The notes beneath the pieces were generated by a model. The model worked only from the letters and a program-made list of their open reading frames with translations, did not search any database and was not told the DNA's origin. Position numbers and translations under genes: made by a program. Below, piece after piece: positions 28,126 to 38,204 of a stretch of DNA of 64,000 nt. Source of the stretch: Pectinatus sp. (GTDB lineage Bacteria > Bacillota > Negativicutes > Selenomonadales > Selenomonadaceae); contig JAHHSR010000001.1 in NCBI GenBank assembly GCA_020025075.1, forward strand, positions 43,011 to 107,010, given 5' to 3'. How positions within the stretch are numbered: position 1 is the first letter of the stretch; each line of letters begins with the position of its first letter.

Positions 28126-29118
28126 ATGAGGTATTTAATGGACTTTTTTGCAAATATTATTAAGGATAAAATCTCTTTTGGCAATGAAAATGAGGACGCT
28201 TTCAACATCGCCTACGGCATCGACCAGCGTTTTTTCATGCCCATGGGAGTCAGTATACTCTCCGTCATTAAGACCAATCCCCATGAGTCCCTTTCTTTCC
28301 ATATCTTCACAGACACATTGGCTCCATATGACCAAGAACGCTTACTTGCTATTACAAAGCTTTATCCTGCGGTAAAAATTACTGTCTATCATGTCAATGA
28401 AGAAAAATTTAATGCTTTTCCGGCCTTTTTCATCTGGTCACGCGCCATGTATTATCGCTTTGCCGTAAGCCATGCTCTAAAAGACACTGCGGATAGGTTT
28501 TTATACCTCGATGCTGATGTGCTCTGTCTTTCCCCTTTAGAAAAATTTTACCGGCAAGATTTTGCCGAAATTGCCGCTGTCATTGCCGACTACAAAACAA
28601 TGGTTGGCTATGCGAAAAAAAATATTGGCCTCCAAGGAGACCAATATTTTAATTCCGGCGTCATGCTCGTTGATATAAAGAAATGGAATAACGCCCAAAT
28701 CTCTCAAAGATCCGTAAAAATGCTCCTCGAAGAGAATAATTATAAATACTATGACCAAGATGTGCTAAACCTGCTGCTTTGGGACAATGTCAAATTTTTA
28801 CCAAAAAGATATAATTTTATTTATCATCTCATCGACCTTGATATACCCTTGCCCGCCGATACGGTCTTATTGCATTATTCGGGCTCTGTCAAGCCTTGGC
28901 AGGCATGGGGACAATTTCATCCCTTGACAAAGCTATGGCTTGAACATAAGGATGCCTCACCTTGGCAAGATGTTCCCCTTCAGCAGCCAAAAACATATAA
29001 AGAGGCCAAATTCATGGCCCGCACAATGAAGCGAAAAATGCACGATTATCCTGCTTACCTAAAATGGCTCTTTATCTATGGTCTTTGGAAACTGCGCACT
29101 AAATTGAGCAAAAAATGA
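28126..29118 (+). CDS. Glycosyltransferase family 8 (LPS alpha-1,3-gluco/galactosyltransferase type, RfaI/RfaJ-like); start may be ATG 28138
   Basis: NIAYGIDQRFFMPMGVSILS, LYLDADVLCL (DxD), YFNSGVMLVDIKKW, YYDQDVLN, HYSGSVKPW. Confidence 0.88.
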   Translation: MRYLMDFFANIIKDKISFGNENEDAFNIAYGIDQRFFMPMGVSILSVIKTNPHESLSFHIFTDTLAPYDQERLLAITKLYPAVKITVYHVNEEKFNAFPAFFIWSRAMYYRFAVSHALKDTADRFLYLDADVLCLSPLEKFYRQDFAEIAAVIADYKTMVGYAKKNIGLQGDQYFNSGVMLVDIKKWNNAQISQRSVKMLLEENNYKYYDQDVLNLLLWDNVKFLPKRYNFIYHLIDLDIPLPADTVLLHYSGSVKPWQAWGQFHPLTKLWLEHKDASPWQDVPLQQPKTYKEAKFMARTMKRKMHDYPAYLKWLFIYGLWKLRTKLSKK

Positions 29119-29127
29119 GGAATAAAT

Positions 29128-30102
29128 ATGTCAATAAATTTAAATGAAGTGGTAAAGGATACCATCACCTATGATTTTGGCGACGGCGAGCGCGAGCAGG
29201 CTTTTCATGTCGGCTATGGCATTGATGACAACTATGCCCGCTGCCTTGGCGCTTCCATCGCTTCATTTTGCACGAATAATAAGGGAACCCGCCTCTGCTT
29301 TCACGTACTGACCGCAGGACTTAAACGCAAAACGCTCGATAATTTGCGTCAGCTAGCTCAATCGATGCACACCTGCATTATCATCAGCTGTATCGACACA
29401 TCCTTCTTAAAAGATTTGCCGCATTTTGTCCATCTGCCGCTAGCGACATATCTTCGCTTTCTCTTTCCCTTGCTCATGGCCGAGCAGGAGCGCCTTTTAT
29501 ATCTAGATGCTGATATCATCTGTTTAAATAGCGCGGATGAGCTCTTTAACCTCGACCTAAAGGGCAATGTCATTGCCGCTGTCCCCGACCTTCCCTGGAT
29601 GGACAAAAAGCGCCGTCAAATTTTAGGCCTCCAAAAAGGCCCATATTTTAATGCCGGCATGCTTCTCATCGACACCGCCAAGTGGAATGAACGGCAGCTG
29701 CTCGATGAAGTCATCTCCCTTTTAGAAAAAGACCCGCAAAAATACCGCTATTTGGACCAAGATGCACTCAATGTGCTCCTTGAAGGTAAAATCTGCTACC
29801 TAGATACCATCTATAACTGCATCGATTTATCCTCTGTCAATAAAGGAGAAATTGTCTTTTTACACTTTGCAGCCCACCCCAAACCTTGGCATGTCGCTTG
29901 GCCAATCAGCGCTGCCTGCAATCGCTTCAACAAAAATCTCTACAAAGTCTACGAAGATTTGACACCTTGGTGCGGTGCACCGACACAGCTGCCCGCCAAC
30001 TACAAGGAAATGAAAATCTATGCAACTGCCTTACGCCATAGCGGCCAAAGAGCAGCCGCCTTCAAATGGTATGCAAAATACCTGTGCAAAAAATACTTTT
30101 AA
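29128..30102 (+). CDS. Glycosyltransferase family 8, second tandem paralog
   Basis: HVGYGIDDNYARCLGASIASF, LYLDADIICL, YFNAGMLLIDTAKW, YLDQDALN, HFAAHPKPW. Collinear with the upstream GT8. Confidence 0.88.
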   Translation: MSINLNEVVKDTITYDFGDGEREQAFHVGYGIDDNYARCLGASIASFCTNNKGTRLCFHVLTAGLKRKTLDNLRQLAQSMHTCIIISCIDTSFLKDLPHFVHLPLATYLRFLFPLLMAEQERLLYLDADIICLNSADELFNLDLKGNVIAAVPDLPWMDKKRRQILGLQKGPYFNAGMLLIDTAKWNERQLLDEVISLLEKDPQKYRYLDQDALNVLLEGKICYLDTIYNCIDLSSVNKGEIVFLHFAAHPKPWHVAWPISAACNRFNKNLYKVYEDLTPWCGAPTQLPANYKEMKIYATALRHSGQRAAAFKWYAKYLCKKYF

Positions 30103-30146
30103 CCCTAGGAGGTGCAGCGCCCGCCCAATTACGGCGCCCGCAACGG

Positions 30147-31160
30147 ATGAAACACTTTTTGGTAATAAATACATCTTTTTTTGGCGATACGCTTTTGACG
30201 GACCCACTGTGCCGCAACATAAAACACTTTTTTCCCGACAGCTACATCACCTTCATCGTCAACAAGCCTTTTTATGAAATCGCCCTCTACATGGACGGTG
30301 TCGACAACGTAATTGCCTACGACAAGCAAAATGCCCACCGTGGCCTTTCTGGCGCTTGGCGTTTTTACCACTATCATAAAAAACTCTTTACGCGCACGCG
30401 CCCTATTGATGCAGCCTTTATCATCTACGGCAATGAGCGAAATATCCTGCTTTCCAAGCTATTTGGTGCTAAAAAAATCTATGCCATAAAAAATGGTCTT
30501 ATCCGCCTCTTGCTCAGCAATAGCTGCTTTGATTGCTTTGATTATGGCAAGATGCAAGACATAAACAGCAGTCTTTTGCAAGCATATACCAAAAAGCCAT
30601 TTTTGCGCTTGCCAATGCTTTATAAACCACCGCAAGCCGCTCAGCAAAAAGGAGAGGTCTTGCTAAAAGAGCTTTCTCTTAAAAGCGATGACTTTATCTG
30701 CCTTTCTCCCGTTTCCAAAAAGAGCAGCAAGGATATGCCGCTTGCCACCTGCCTTTCCCTTCTTCGCCTTTGGCCTTCCTTGAGTAAAAAAAGGCTCTTG
30801 CTCCTAGGTGCAGGCCAACGCTGCAAAGCTTACAGCGAAGCCTTACACAAAGCGCTTCCTGACAGCAATCTCTTCGTTGACCTCACCGACAAGACAAGCC
30901 TCACCTTGCTCGGCGCTATTTTGCGCCTATCTAGCGGTCTTATCAGCGTCGATACAGGAACCATGCATTTAGGTCTTGCCTCCCAAATTCCTGTAACAGC
31001 CTTATTTTACCTAAATGACCTCAATCATCTAAAAAAATGGGCACCCGACCCTGAGCTTTATAATAGCGCCGTCTTAAGCGGCGCCGATTTGACAGCTGAA
31101 AAAATTGCCAATACCTGCTTAGCTCTCATTAGCTACCACACAAAAAAAGGGACATACTAA
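30147..31160 (+). CDS. Glycosyltransferase family 9 (second heptosyltransferase-like protein)
   Basis: MKHFLVINTSFFGDTLLTDP N-terminus and SVDTGTMHLGLA C-domain motif. ATG 30147 is preferred; the track start at 30066 overlaps the GT8 gene. Confidence 0.8.
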   Translation: MKHFLVINTSFFGDTLLTDPLCRNIKHFFPDSYITFIVNKPFYEIALYMDGVDNVIAYDKQNAHRGLSGAWRFYHYHKKLFTRTRPIDAAFIIYGNERNILLSKLFGAKKIYAIKNGLIRLLLSNSCFDCFDYGKMQDINSSLLQAYTKKPFLRLPMLYKPPQAAQQKGEVLLKELSLKSDDFICLSPVSKKSSKDMPLATCLSLLRLWPSLSKKRLLLLGAGQRCKAYSEALHKALPDSNLFVDLTDKTSLTLLGAILRLSSGLISVDTGTMHLGLASQIPVTALFYLNDLNHLKKWAPDPELYNSAVLSGADLTAEKIANTCLALISYHTKKGTY

Positions 31161-31176
31161 AGTATGTCCCTTTTTT
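31142..31176. terminator. Bidirectional intrinsic terminator between the LPS cluster and truB
   Basis: AAAAAAA-GGGACATAC-TAAA-GTATGTCCC-TTTTTT. Perfect 9-bp stem flanked by A7 and T6, between convergent genes. Confidence 0.7.
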
Positions 31177-31183
31177 ATATCCC

Positions 31184-32065
31184 TCAAGCGGGAAAAATCT
31201 TTACCGGCTCTAAATATGCGCCGTCTGCTGACAAACGGCAGACGCCAACAAAGTCAGCGCCATCATGTGCTAAAAAGCGCTTTTGGGCAGCACCTTTTCC
31301 CGGATAGGCAAGGCGTTGACCAAAACGCAATTTTTGTGCACCTTTGGCATCAATTTTAGCCTCATTCATATAAGAAAAAGCTAAATCAAGTCCCCCGATG
31401 GCTGCAAGCGGAACATCTGCAATCTCCTCGAGTGTCACTGCCTCTTGCAGCTTAAAGCTGCCCACACGCGTGCGAAGCAACAGTCCCATTGTTGCAGGAA
31501 GCAAAAGCTCTTTTCCTATATCTTCGCAAAGCGAGCGCACATACGTTCCCTTTGAGCAGGAAACATCAAAAATAAAACCATCTTTTGTCAGGCGGACAAG
31601 CGAAATGGCGTAAATGGTAATTTGGCGCGTCTTGAGCTCTACCGCAATATTTTGGCGAGCTAAATCACATGCCTTCTTGCCATTTATCTTAATAGCCGAA
31701 TAAGCTGGCGGCACCTGCTCTATCTCGCCAGAAAATTTCATCAAGGCTTCTTTTAAGCAGGCCTCATCAGGCATGGCAAAATCGCTTTTTTCCAGTATTT
31801 CGCCCGTATCATCACCCGTATCAGTGCGCTGCCCCAAAATAACTTGTGCCCGGTAGCTCTTATCGACGTCCGCCATATCCTCTAAAAGGCGCGTCGCCTT
31901 GCCAAAGGCTACAGGCAAAACACCAGCTGCCGCAGGGTCCAAGGTACCGGCATGACCAATTTTTTTCATGCCATAGATGCGGCGCAAACAGCCAATAATA
32001 TCATGCGAGGTCATGCCCGGCGGTTTTAAGACATTTAAAAAGCCATCAATCTGCATTTTTATCAA
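31184..32065 (-). CDS. truB: tRNA pseudouridine(55) synthase TruB
   Basis: GFLNVLKPPGMTSHDII and GHAGTLDPAAAGVLPV motifs. Confidence 0.93.
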   Translation of the reverse strand: MIKMQIDGFLNVLKPPGMTSHDIIGCLRRIYGMKKIGHAGTLDPAAAGVLPVAFGKATRLLEDMADVDKSYRAQVILGQRTDTGDDTGEILEKSDFAMPDEACLKEALMKFSGEIEQVPPAYSAIKINGKKACDLARQNIAVELKTRQITIYAISLVRLTKDGFIFDVSCSKGTYVRSLCEDIGKELLLPATMGLLLRTRVGSFKLQEAVTLEEIADVPLAAIGGLDLAFSYMNEAKIDAKGAQKLRFGQRLAYPGKGAAQKRFLAHDGADFVGVCRLSADGAYLEPVKIFPA

Positions 32066-33014
32066 GCTCCATTGCCGCTTTCAAGGCTACAACAATCACC
32101 TCTGCCGCAGCAGGCAAGTCCTCTTGCAAGGTGCAGCCGGCTGCTCTTTGATGACCGCCGCCCCCTAAGCTTTCCGCCACTGCCGCAACATTGGTATCTT
32201 TGGAGCGCATACTCACGCGGGTCATGTTTTCAGAAACATACTTCAAAAATACTGAAACATCAACGCCACGCAAAAAACGCGCAATATCGACAAATCCTTC
32301 CGTCGTCTCACAGCTTTCAACCATGGCCTTATCAGCCATCGCCAGGGCAATCTTGCCATCACCTTCAAGCCTTATACTTTCAATAATCTTAGCTTGCGCT
32401 TTAAGCTCTTCATAAGAGCGTTCCTCAAGGCGTTCCGAAATTTTATGGGGCTGTACGCCGTAATTAAGCATTTCCGCAGCGGCAAGCATCGTTGAAGGCT
32501 TAGTATTGGCATAGCGAAAAAATCCGCAATCAGTAGCGATGGCCGTATAGACGGCCGTTGCTACTTCGTAATCAAAAAGGTTGCCCATTTCTTTAATGAC
32601 ATTATAGACAATCTCACCTGTCGCCGCGCTGTGTGGCTCCAAAAGCAAGTAATCAGCGTTTTTAGGGTTAGATTCATGATGGTCAATATTTAAAACGGGC
32701 AGATGATTTTGCGCAACAAAGGCAGCACTGCCGCCCGTGCGCTCAACTTCACAATCTAAAACGACGCATAAATCATAAAAACATTCGGTCGGATAGGCCT
32801 GCTTTATCGCTTCGATACCGGGCAAAATTTGGTAATTGCTGACAATGTGGTCATCAATGTAAACATCTGCCTTCTTGCCGAGATTCTGCAAAGCCCGCTT
32901 TAAGCCCAAGCAAGACCCCAGTGCGTCGCCATCGGGATTTTTGTGGGCAGTAATCATGACGCACTGGGCATTTTTCAGCAGCTTTGCTGCCTCTTTACTA
33001 CTTACTTCAATCAC
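32046..33014 (-). CDS. nrnA: DHH/DHHA1 phosphoesterase NrnA (oligoribonuclease / pAp phosphatase)
   Basis: ITAHKNPDGDALGS (DHH) and GGGGHQRAAG (DHHA1). GTG 33014 gives a GTGATTGA start/stop overlap with rbfA. The track start at 33080 would overlap rbfA by 74 nt. Confidence 0.85.
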   Translation of the reverse strand: MIEVSSKEAAKLLKNAQCVMITAHKNPDGDALGSCLGLKRALQNLGKKADVYIDDHIVSNYQILPGIEAIKQAYPTECFYDLCVVLDCEVERTGGSAAFVAQNHLPVLNIDHHESNPKNADYLLLEPHSAATGEIVYNVIKEMGNLFDYEVATAVYTAIATDCGFFRYANTKPSTMLAAAEMLNYGVQPHKISERLEERSYEELKAQAKIIESIRLEGDGKIALAMADKAMVESCETTEGFVDIARFLRGVDVSVFLKYVSENMTRVSMRSKDTNVAAVAESLGGGGHQRAAGCTLQEDLPAAAEVIVVALKAAMELDKNAD

Positions 33015-33369
33015 GTTTTTCTTCCTGTTCAGCCGTATTGATTTCATTGAGCAATTTTTGTATGTGCGCACTGTATTCAATCGTCGTATCCAGACAGAAA
33101 GAAATCTCCGGAATAAATTTCATGCGAATTCTGTGCGCCAGTTCACGACGCACAAATCCCGTACAATTTTTCAACGCCTTCAAGGCTTCTGCCGTCTTTT
33201 CCTCGTCGCCTAAAACGCTTACAAACACCTTGGCACAGCTTAAATCGCTCGATACCTTGGCCCCCGTGACCGTAACAAAGCCAACACGCGGGTCCTTCAC
33301 TTCACGCATTAAAATCTGGCTCACTTCATGGCGTATTTCTTCTTGAACCTTTTCTACTCTTAGACCCAT
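33007..33369 (-). CDS. rbfA: Ribosome-binding factor A
   Basis: 120 aa with RVEKVQEEIRHEVSQIL..DPRVGFVTVTGAKVSSDL. Lies downstream of infB. Confidence 0.93.
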   Translation of the reverse strand: MGLRVEKVQEEIRHEVSQILMREVKDPRVGFVTVTGAKVSSDLSCAKVFVSVLGDEEKTAEALKALKNCTGFVRRELAHRIRMKFIPEISFCLDTTIEYSAHIQKLLNEINTAEQEEKRD

Positions 33370-33381
33370 TTAATCACCGCC

Positions 33382-36018
33382 TTATAAACTTTGCGGCGCA
33401 ACTTCTTCCATGATATAGGCTTCAATAATGTCGCCTTCCTTGAAGTCGCGATAATTTTCTATTGTAATGCCGCATTCATAGCCAGCCATAACTTCCTTAA
33501 CATCGTCTTTAAAGCGACGCAAAGAGTCTATTTCGCCTTCATGAACAACGACGTTGTCACGAATTATTCTTATCTTTGATGAATTGGTAATCTTGCCTTC
33601 CAGTACATAAGAGCCGGCAACCAAAACCTTCGAAAATTTCATGACTTGGCGAATTTCCACCTTGCCAAGAATTGTTTCTTTATACTTAGGCGCCAACATG
33701 CCGCGCATAGCATCTTCTATATCACCGATGGCTTCATAGATAACGCGATATGTTCTTATATCAATTTTTTCCGTATCAGCAAGCTTACGTGCCTTGTTAT
33801 CAGGACGAACATTAAAAGCTAGGACAAGCGCATTAGCGGCTGAAGCAAGCATGACGTCGGATTCATTGACAGCGCCAACACCAGCATGAATAATATTGAC
33901 GCGCACCTCATCGCTCTTATTAAGACCCAAAAGCGATGTCTTCAGGGCTTCAACAGAACCTTGGACATCTGCTTTCAAAAGGATGTTGAGGTCCTTTATG
34001 CTGCCTTCATTAATCTGCTGGAAGAGGTCATCAAGAGAAACCTTTTTATTATTGATGAGCTGCGTGCGCTGTTTTTCGATGCGCTTTTCCGCAATTGTGC
34101 GCACCATGTGCTCGTCTAAAACGGCCATTTCATCGCCCGCTTCTGGCACGTCGGCAAGTCCCAATACTTCTACAGGGATAGAAGGACCAGCTTTTTTGAC
34201 CTTCTCGCCACGGTCATTAATCATTGCGCGCACCTTGCCATAAGCCGTACCAGCAATGATGGAATCACCAATATGCAAGGTACCATTTTGTACGAGAATA
34301 GTTGCCACCGGACCGCGTCCCTTATCAAGCTGCGCCTCAATGATGATGCCGCGCGCATCCCGATTGGGATTAGCCTTTAATTCCTGTACCTCTGCTACAA
34401 GCAGGATTGTTTCGAGCAAATCACCAATGCCCTCTTTTTTCTTTGCCGAAACGGGAACCATAATCGTATCGCCGCCCCATTCTTCAGCGACGAGCTCGTG
34501 TTCTGCCAACTGCTGCTTGACATGTTCGGGATTAGCTCCCGCCTTGTCCATCTTATTAATGGCAACGACAATAGGCACCTTAGCTGCTTTGGCGTGATTT
34601 ATCGCTTCGATTGTCTGTGGCATAACGCCGTCATCCGCCGCAACGACCAAAACGGCAATATCAGTTGCCTGAGCACCACGTGCGCGCATAGCTGTAAAAG
34701 CCTCATGACCCGGCGTATCGAGGAAGGTTATCTTTTTGTTATTGCAAATGACCTGATAAGCGCCGATGTGCTGCGTGATACCACCTGCTTCTACCGAGGT
34801 GACAGAAGTTTTTCTAATAACATCCAAAAGCGATGTCTTGCCATGATCGACGTGTCCCATGACCGTCACTACTGGCGGGCGCGGCAAAAGGTCTTCCGGC
34901 GCATCTTCATATTCCGGAATTTCGGTCAAGTCAACTTCTGGCGGTAGCTCTTCTACCTCAATACCAAAAGAGTCAGCAACTAAAACAGCTGTATCAAAAT
35001 CAATCTGCTGATTAATCGTTGCAAAAGTACCGAGCATCATAAGCTTTTTGATGACATCAGTAGCTGCATACGTCATCTTACTAGCCAGCTCTTTTACCGT
35101 AATCGTCTCACCCACCTTGATGAGTTTGGGACGGATTATTTCTTGCTTTACAGCCGGCTGCTGCGCCTTATTGTTTTTGCCCTGTTTCCAGTTGCGGCGA
35201 TTGGAGCCATTCATACCTGGACGGTGGTTATTATTCGGGCGACCGCCATTTTTGTTATCGCCAAAATTACGACGATTGCCGCGCGCGGAATCATTGCGCG
35301 AATTCTTATTGCCGCCATTATTCTGGCCGCTGTTATTATTAAAACGGCTAGCTGCATTGCCATTATTTTGGCGTCCATTGCCATTATTTTGGCGTCCATT
35401 GGCATTATTTTGGCGTCCATTGGCATTATTTTGCTGCCGTCCATTATTATTGCCATGATTATTAGTGCGCTGCTTTGCATTGCCTTGATGACTACTGGTA
35501 TTTGCCGTGCCACTAGCAGCATTGCTGCGATTATCTCTTCCTTGGCTAGGACGATTCTTTCCCTGGCGATTGGTTTTATTATTGCGTCCCCTATTATCAG
35601 CGGCGGAACGGTTATTATTTGCTTGGCGATTAGCTGGGGTATTTGCTCTTTCTCTTCTTTCGCCATTTTTATTATTTTGTTCTCTGTTTTTTATATTCTC
35701 TCCACTCCTTGCTTCATGCTGTAAAGCCATTTCCTGCCTATCATTTTCCGGCTGTTTTTTTGCTTCTACATGATTTTGCCCCTGATGTCCATTTGCATCA
35801 TTTGCCTTGACAGGTTTTTTAGCAAGGGCTGTTTGCTTATCTTCTTTATGGAAAGCAGCTTTTTGCAAAGTTTTTTGCAAAAGGCTTTTTTCTGCGTCTC
35901 CAACCGTGCTGGAATGGCTCTTCACCGCAATGTCATGTTCACGCAATATGTTTAAAATGGTTTTATTATCGGTGCGAAATTCCTTCGCTAAATCGTATAT
36001 TCTATATTTTGACATCAA
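33382..36018 (-). CDS. infB: Translation initiation factor IF-2
   Basis: 878 aa with GTPase motifs ([24 protein letters not shown]). The N-terminus is a long low-complexity region. Confidence 0.97.
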   Translation of the reverse strand: MMSKYRIYDLAKEFRTDNKTILNILREHDIAVKSHSSTVGDAEKSLLQKTLQKAAFHKEDKQTALAKKPVKANDANGHQGQNHVEAKKQPENDRQEMALQHEARSGENIKNREQNNKNGERRERANTPANRQANNNRSAADNRGRNNKTNRQGKNRPSQGRDNRSNAASGTANTSSHQGNAKQRTNNHGNNNGRQQNNANGRQNNANGRQNNGNGRQNNGNAASRFNNNSGQNNGGNKNSRNDSARGNRRNFGDNKNGGRPNNNHRPGMNGSNRRNWKQGKNNKAQQPAVKQEIIRPKLIKVGETITVKELASKMTYAATDVIKKLMMLGTFATINQQIDFDTAVLVADSFGIEVEELPPEVDLTEIPEYEDAPEDLLPRPPVVTVMGHVDHGKTSLLDVIRKTSVTSVEAGGITQHIGAYQVICNNKKITFLDTPGHEAFTAMRARGAQATDIAVLVVAADDGVMPQTIEAINHAKAAKVPIVVAINKMDKAGANPEHVKQQLAEHELVAEEWGGDTIMVPVSAKKKEGIGDLLETILLVAEVQELKANPNRDARGIIIEAQLDKGRGPVATILVQNGTLHIGDSIIAGTAYGKVRAMINDRGEKVKKAGPSIPVEVLGLADVPEAGDEMAVLDEHMVRTIAEKRIEKQRTQLINNKKVSLDDLFQQINEGSIKDLNILLKADVQGSVEALKTSLLGLNKSDEVRVNIIHAGVGAVNESDVMLASAANALVLAFNVRPDNKARKLADTEKIDIRTYRVIYEAIGDIEDAMRGMLAPKYKETILGKVEIRQVMKFSKVLVAGSYVLEGKITNSSKIRIIRDNVVVHEGEIDSLRRFKDDVKEVMAGYECGITIENYRDFKEGDIIEAYIMEEVAPQSL
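35355..35438 (-). repeat. In-frame 21-bp tandem repeat (about 4 copies) inside infB
   Basis: Plus-strand unit cattgccattattttggcgtc at 35355, 35376 (identical), 35397 (1 mismatch) and 35418 (diverged 3' end). Encodes NGRQNNA heptapeptide repeats. Confidence 0.85.
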
Positions 36019-36040
36019 TCCACCCCCATTTTAGATGCCA

Positions 36041-36343
36041 TTATAATTTTTTCTTTATCGCATCAGCAAATCCTCCATTGCATACAGCAACTGCTGCACG
36101 TTCGTTTTTGCCGATGCAGCCGCCTAAAGTCTGCTTATCCAGCGGCAAGACGACTACTGGCGCCTGCTCAAGAGCCAGATTTTCATATTTTTTCGCCACC
36201 TCTGGCGATAAATCAGTGGCAAGGCAAACAAGCGCTGCCTTTTGCTCGCTAAGACAATGCGTGACAGCATATTCTCCAGATTCTACCTTCCCAGCGCGCG
36301 CTGCCATGCTGAGCAAATTTATAATTTTCTGCTTGTTATCCAT
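36041..36343 (-). CDS. ylxQ: L7Ae/L30e-family RNA-binding protein (YlxQ type)
   Basis: 100 aa, LLSMAARAGKVESGEY.... Sits between ylxR and infB, as in Firmicutes. Confidence 0.8.
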   Translation of the reverse strand: MDNKQKIINLLSMAARAGKVESGEYAVTHCLSEQKAALVCLATDLSPEVAKKYENLALEQAPVVVLPLDKQTLGGCIGKNERAAVAVCNGGFADAIKKKL

Positions 36344-36347
36344 AAAG

Positions 36348-36605
36348 CTAAAAAATACTCTCTTTTAATTTTTCACATAGTGCCGCATCTATATTCGTCT
36401 TCAAAGAACGCTCTAGGCGATGCGCTTTAAAAGCCTTTTCGATACATTCTTTATTTCTGCAAACATAGGCACCGCGACCGGCTTTTTTACCAGTCGCATC
36501 GATAGACAGCGTTCCCTTTTCATTCTTGACAATGCGCACCAAATCTCGCTTATCAAATAGTTGCTGGCAGCCTAAGCATAGGCGCTGCGGTATCTTTTTC
36601 TTCAT
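36348..36605 (-). CDS. ylxR: YlxR/RnpM-family protein (DUF448)
   Basis: 85 aa, IPQRLCLGCQQLFDKRDLVRIV...GRGAYVC. Lies downstream of nusA. Confidence 0.85.
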   Translation of the reverse strand: MKKKIPQRLCLGCQQLFDKRDLVRIVKNEKGTLSIDATGKKAGRGAYVCRNKECIEKAFKAHRLERSLKTNIDAALCEKLKESIF

Positions 36606-36626
36606 CGCTTATCCTCCGCAAACAAG

Positions 36627-37739
36627 TCAATCAACAGAAAACGACTTTTCGCCCGTAACACTGACAGCAGTCATGCCATCATCGTCTAAATCGCCCTGCG
36701 CGGCTTGCGATTCGCTCTTTATATCTATCTTCCAGCCAGTAAGTTTAGCCGCCAGGCGCGCATTTTGGCCTTCCTTGCCAATAGCCAAGGAAAGCTGATG
36801 GTCAGGAACAATGACGCGGGAAATTTTTTCATCCTCTTTCACGGCAACCGAAACAACCTTAGCAGGGCTAAGCGAATTAGCAATATATTTTACCGGGTCA
36901 GGATTCCATTTAACTATATCAATCTTTTCGCCATGCAGCTCATCGACAATGGATTGCACGCGCATGCCACGCTGACCAACACACGAACCAACCGGGTCAA
37001 TATCCTCTTCTTTTGAATAGACTGCAATCTTTGAGCGCATACCCGGCTCACGAGCCACAGATTTGATTTCGACCACACCATCGCTAATTTCTGGTACCTC
37101 AAGCTCAAAAAGGCGCTTCAAAAGCCCTGGGTGCGTGCGCGAAAAGAGAACCTGCGGTCCTTTGTTGTTATTTTTTACCTCTACTATGTAAAGTTTCATA
37201 CGCTCGTTTAAAAGGTATCGCTCTGTCGGAATTTGTTCAGCAGGAGCGAGCAAGCCTTCGGCATTACCTAAGTCAATGATGACATTTTTTCCTTCGACGC
37301 ACTGCACTGTTGCTGTTAAAATATCATTGACACGCTTTGAGTACTCATCAAATACATTGAGGCGTTCTGTTTCGCGAATACGCTGCACTACTACCTGACG
37401 AGCTGCCTGCGCTGCCAAGCGACCAAAATTACCCGGTGTCACTTCTTCCTCTATCGTATCGCCGATTTCATAGGCGCTATTTAAGCGACGCGCCTTGTCG
37501 AGTGATATTTCAGTGACATCATTTTGCGCTTCATCAACGACTGTCTTAATCGCATATACATGATATTCACCAGTATCGTGGTTAAGGGCAACGCGCACAT
37601 TCTGTGCCGCATTAAAATTCTTTTTGTAAGCTGCTGCTAAAGCTGCTTCAATAGCGCCAAAAAGGACATCAATGCTAATGCCCTTTTCTTTGCTTACTTC
37701 CCTGAACGCCCCAATTAAATCCTGTTTTTCCGTGCCCAA
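36627..37739 (-). CDS. nusA: Transcription termination/antitermination factor NusA
   Basis: 370 aa with an S1 domain and two KH domains (RVAVYS-like KIAVYSKEEDIDPVGSCVGQRGMRVQ, LAIGKEGQNARLAAKLTGWKIDI). Confidence 0.95.
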   Translation of the reverse strand: MGTEKQDLIGAFREVSKEKGISIDVLFGAIEAALAAAYKKNFNAAQNVRVALNHDTGEYHVYAIKTVVDEAQNDVTEISLDKARRLNSAYEIGDTIEEEVTPGNFGRLAAQAARQVVVQRIRETERLNVFDEYSKRVNDILTATVQCVEGKNVIIDLGNAEGLLAPAEQIPTERYLLNERMKLYIVEVKNNNKGPQVLFSRTHPGLLKRLFELEVPEISDGVVEIKSVAREPGMRSKIAVYSKEEDIDPVGSCVGQRGMRVQSIVDELHGEKIDIVKWNPDPVKYIANSLSPAKVVSVAVKEDEKISRVIVPDHQLSLAIGKEGQNARLAAKLTGWKIDIKSESQAAQGDLDDDGMTAVSVTGEKSFSVD

Positions 37740-37760
37740 TTAAAAAATCCTCCTAATTAA

Positions 37761-38204
37761 TTAAAAATCTATGTGCAGGCGAATGGTGGCTATCTTATCA
37801 CGCGCCAAAGTCATATTATCGTCAAGATATATTTCTGTGTCACTATGACCTGTGAGCTTGCCGGTAAATGTCTTTTGCCCTTCTATCGGCTGATACAATG
37901 TCACATCGACGGATTTACCTTCTTCTCGAACCAAATCGCGTTCCTTTTTCAAAATACGGTCTAACCCTGGCGAAGACACTTCTAATATATAACTCGTGCC
38001 AATTAAGTCCTCTTTTTCCAAAAGGGCGTCTATTTTACCGCTCACTTGCTGGCAATCATCAAGGTCGACGCCACCTTCTTTATCGATAAAAATACGCAAG
38101 TACCAATTTTTTTCCTTGACGTATTCCACATCGACCAATTCATATTTTGTACCGTCCAAAAGCTTTTCGACTCGCTCTTGCACCGCTTCTTCTATTTTAG
38201 CCAC
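37761..38204 (-). CDS. rimP: Ribosome maturation factor RimP
   Basis: 147 aa with a GTG start preceded by AAGGGGAG, and LEVSSPGLDRILK. First gene of the nusA operon. Confidence 0.9.
   Translation of the reverse strand: MAKIEEAVQERVEKLLDGTKYELVDVEYVKEKNWYLRIFIDKEGGVDLDDCQQVSGKIDALLEKEDLIGTSYILEVSSPGLDRILKKERDLVREEGKSVDVTLYQPIEGQKTFTGKLTGHSDTEIYLDDNMTLARDKIATIRLHIDF

Noticed and set aside
35355-35438. Short direct repeats that could be mistaken for a CRISPR-like array.
   Set aside because: The units are contiguous with no spacers, are 21 bp long, and are in frame inside infB coding sequence. This is a coding tandem repeat.
35143-35724. 193-aa Ile/Ala-rich plus-strand ORF, and the 151-aa minus-strand ORF at 35211-35666.
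   Set aside because: Both are alternative-frame or antisense readings of the repetitive low-complexity infB N-terminal region, not independent genes.
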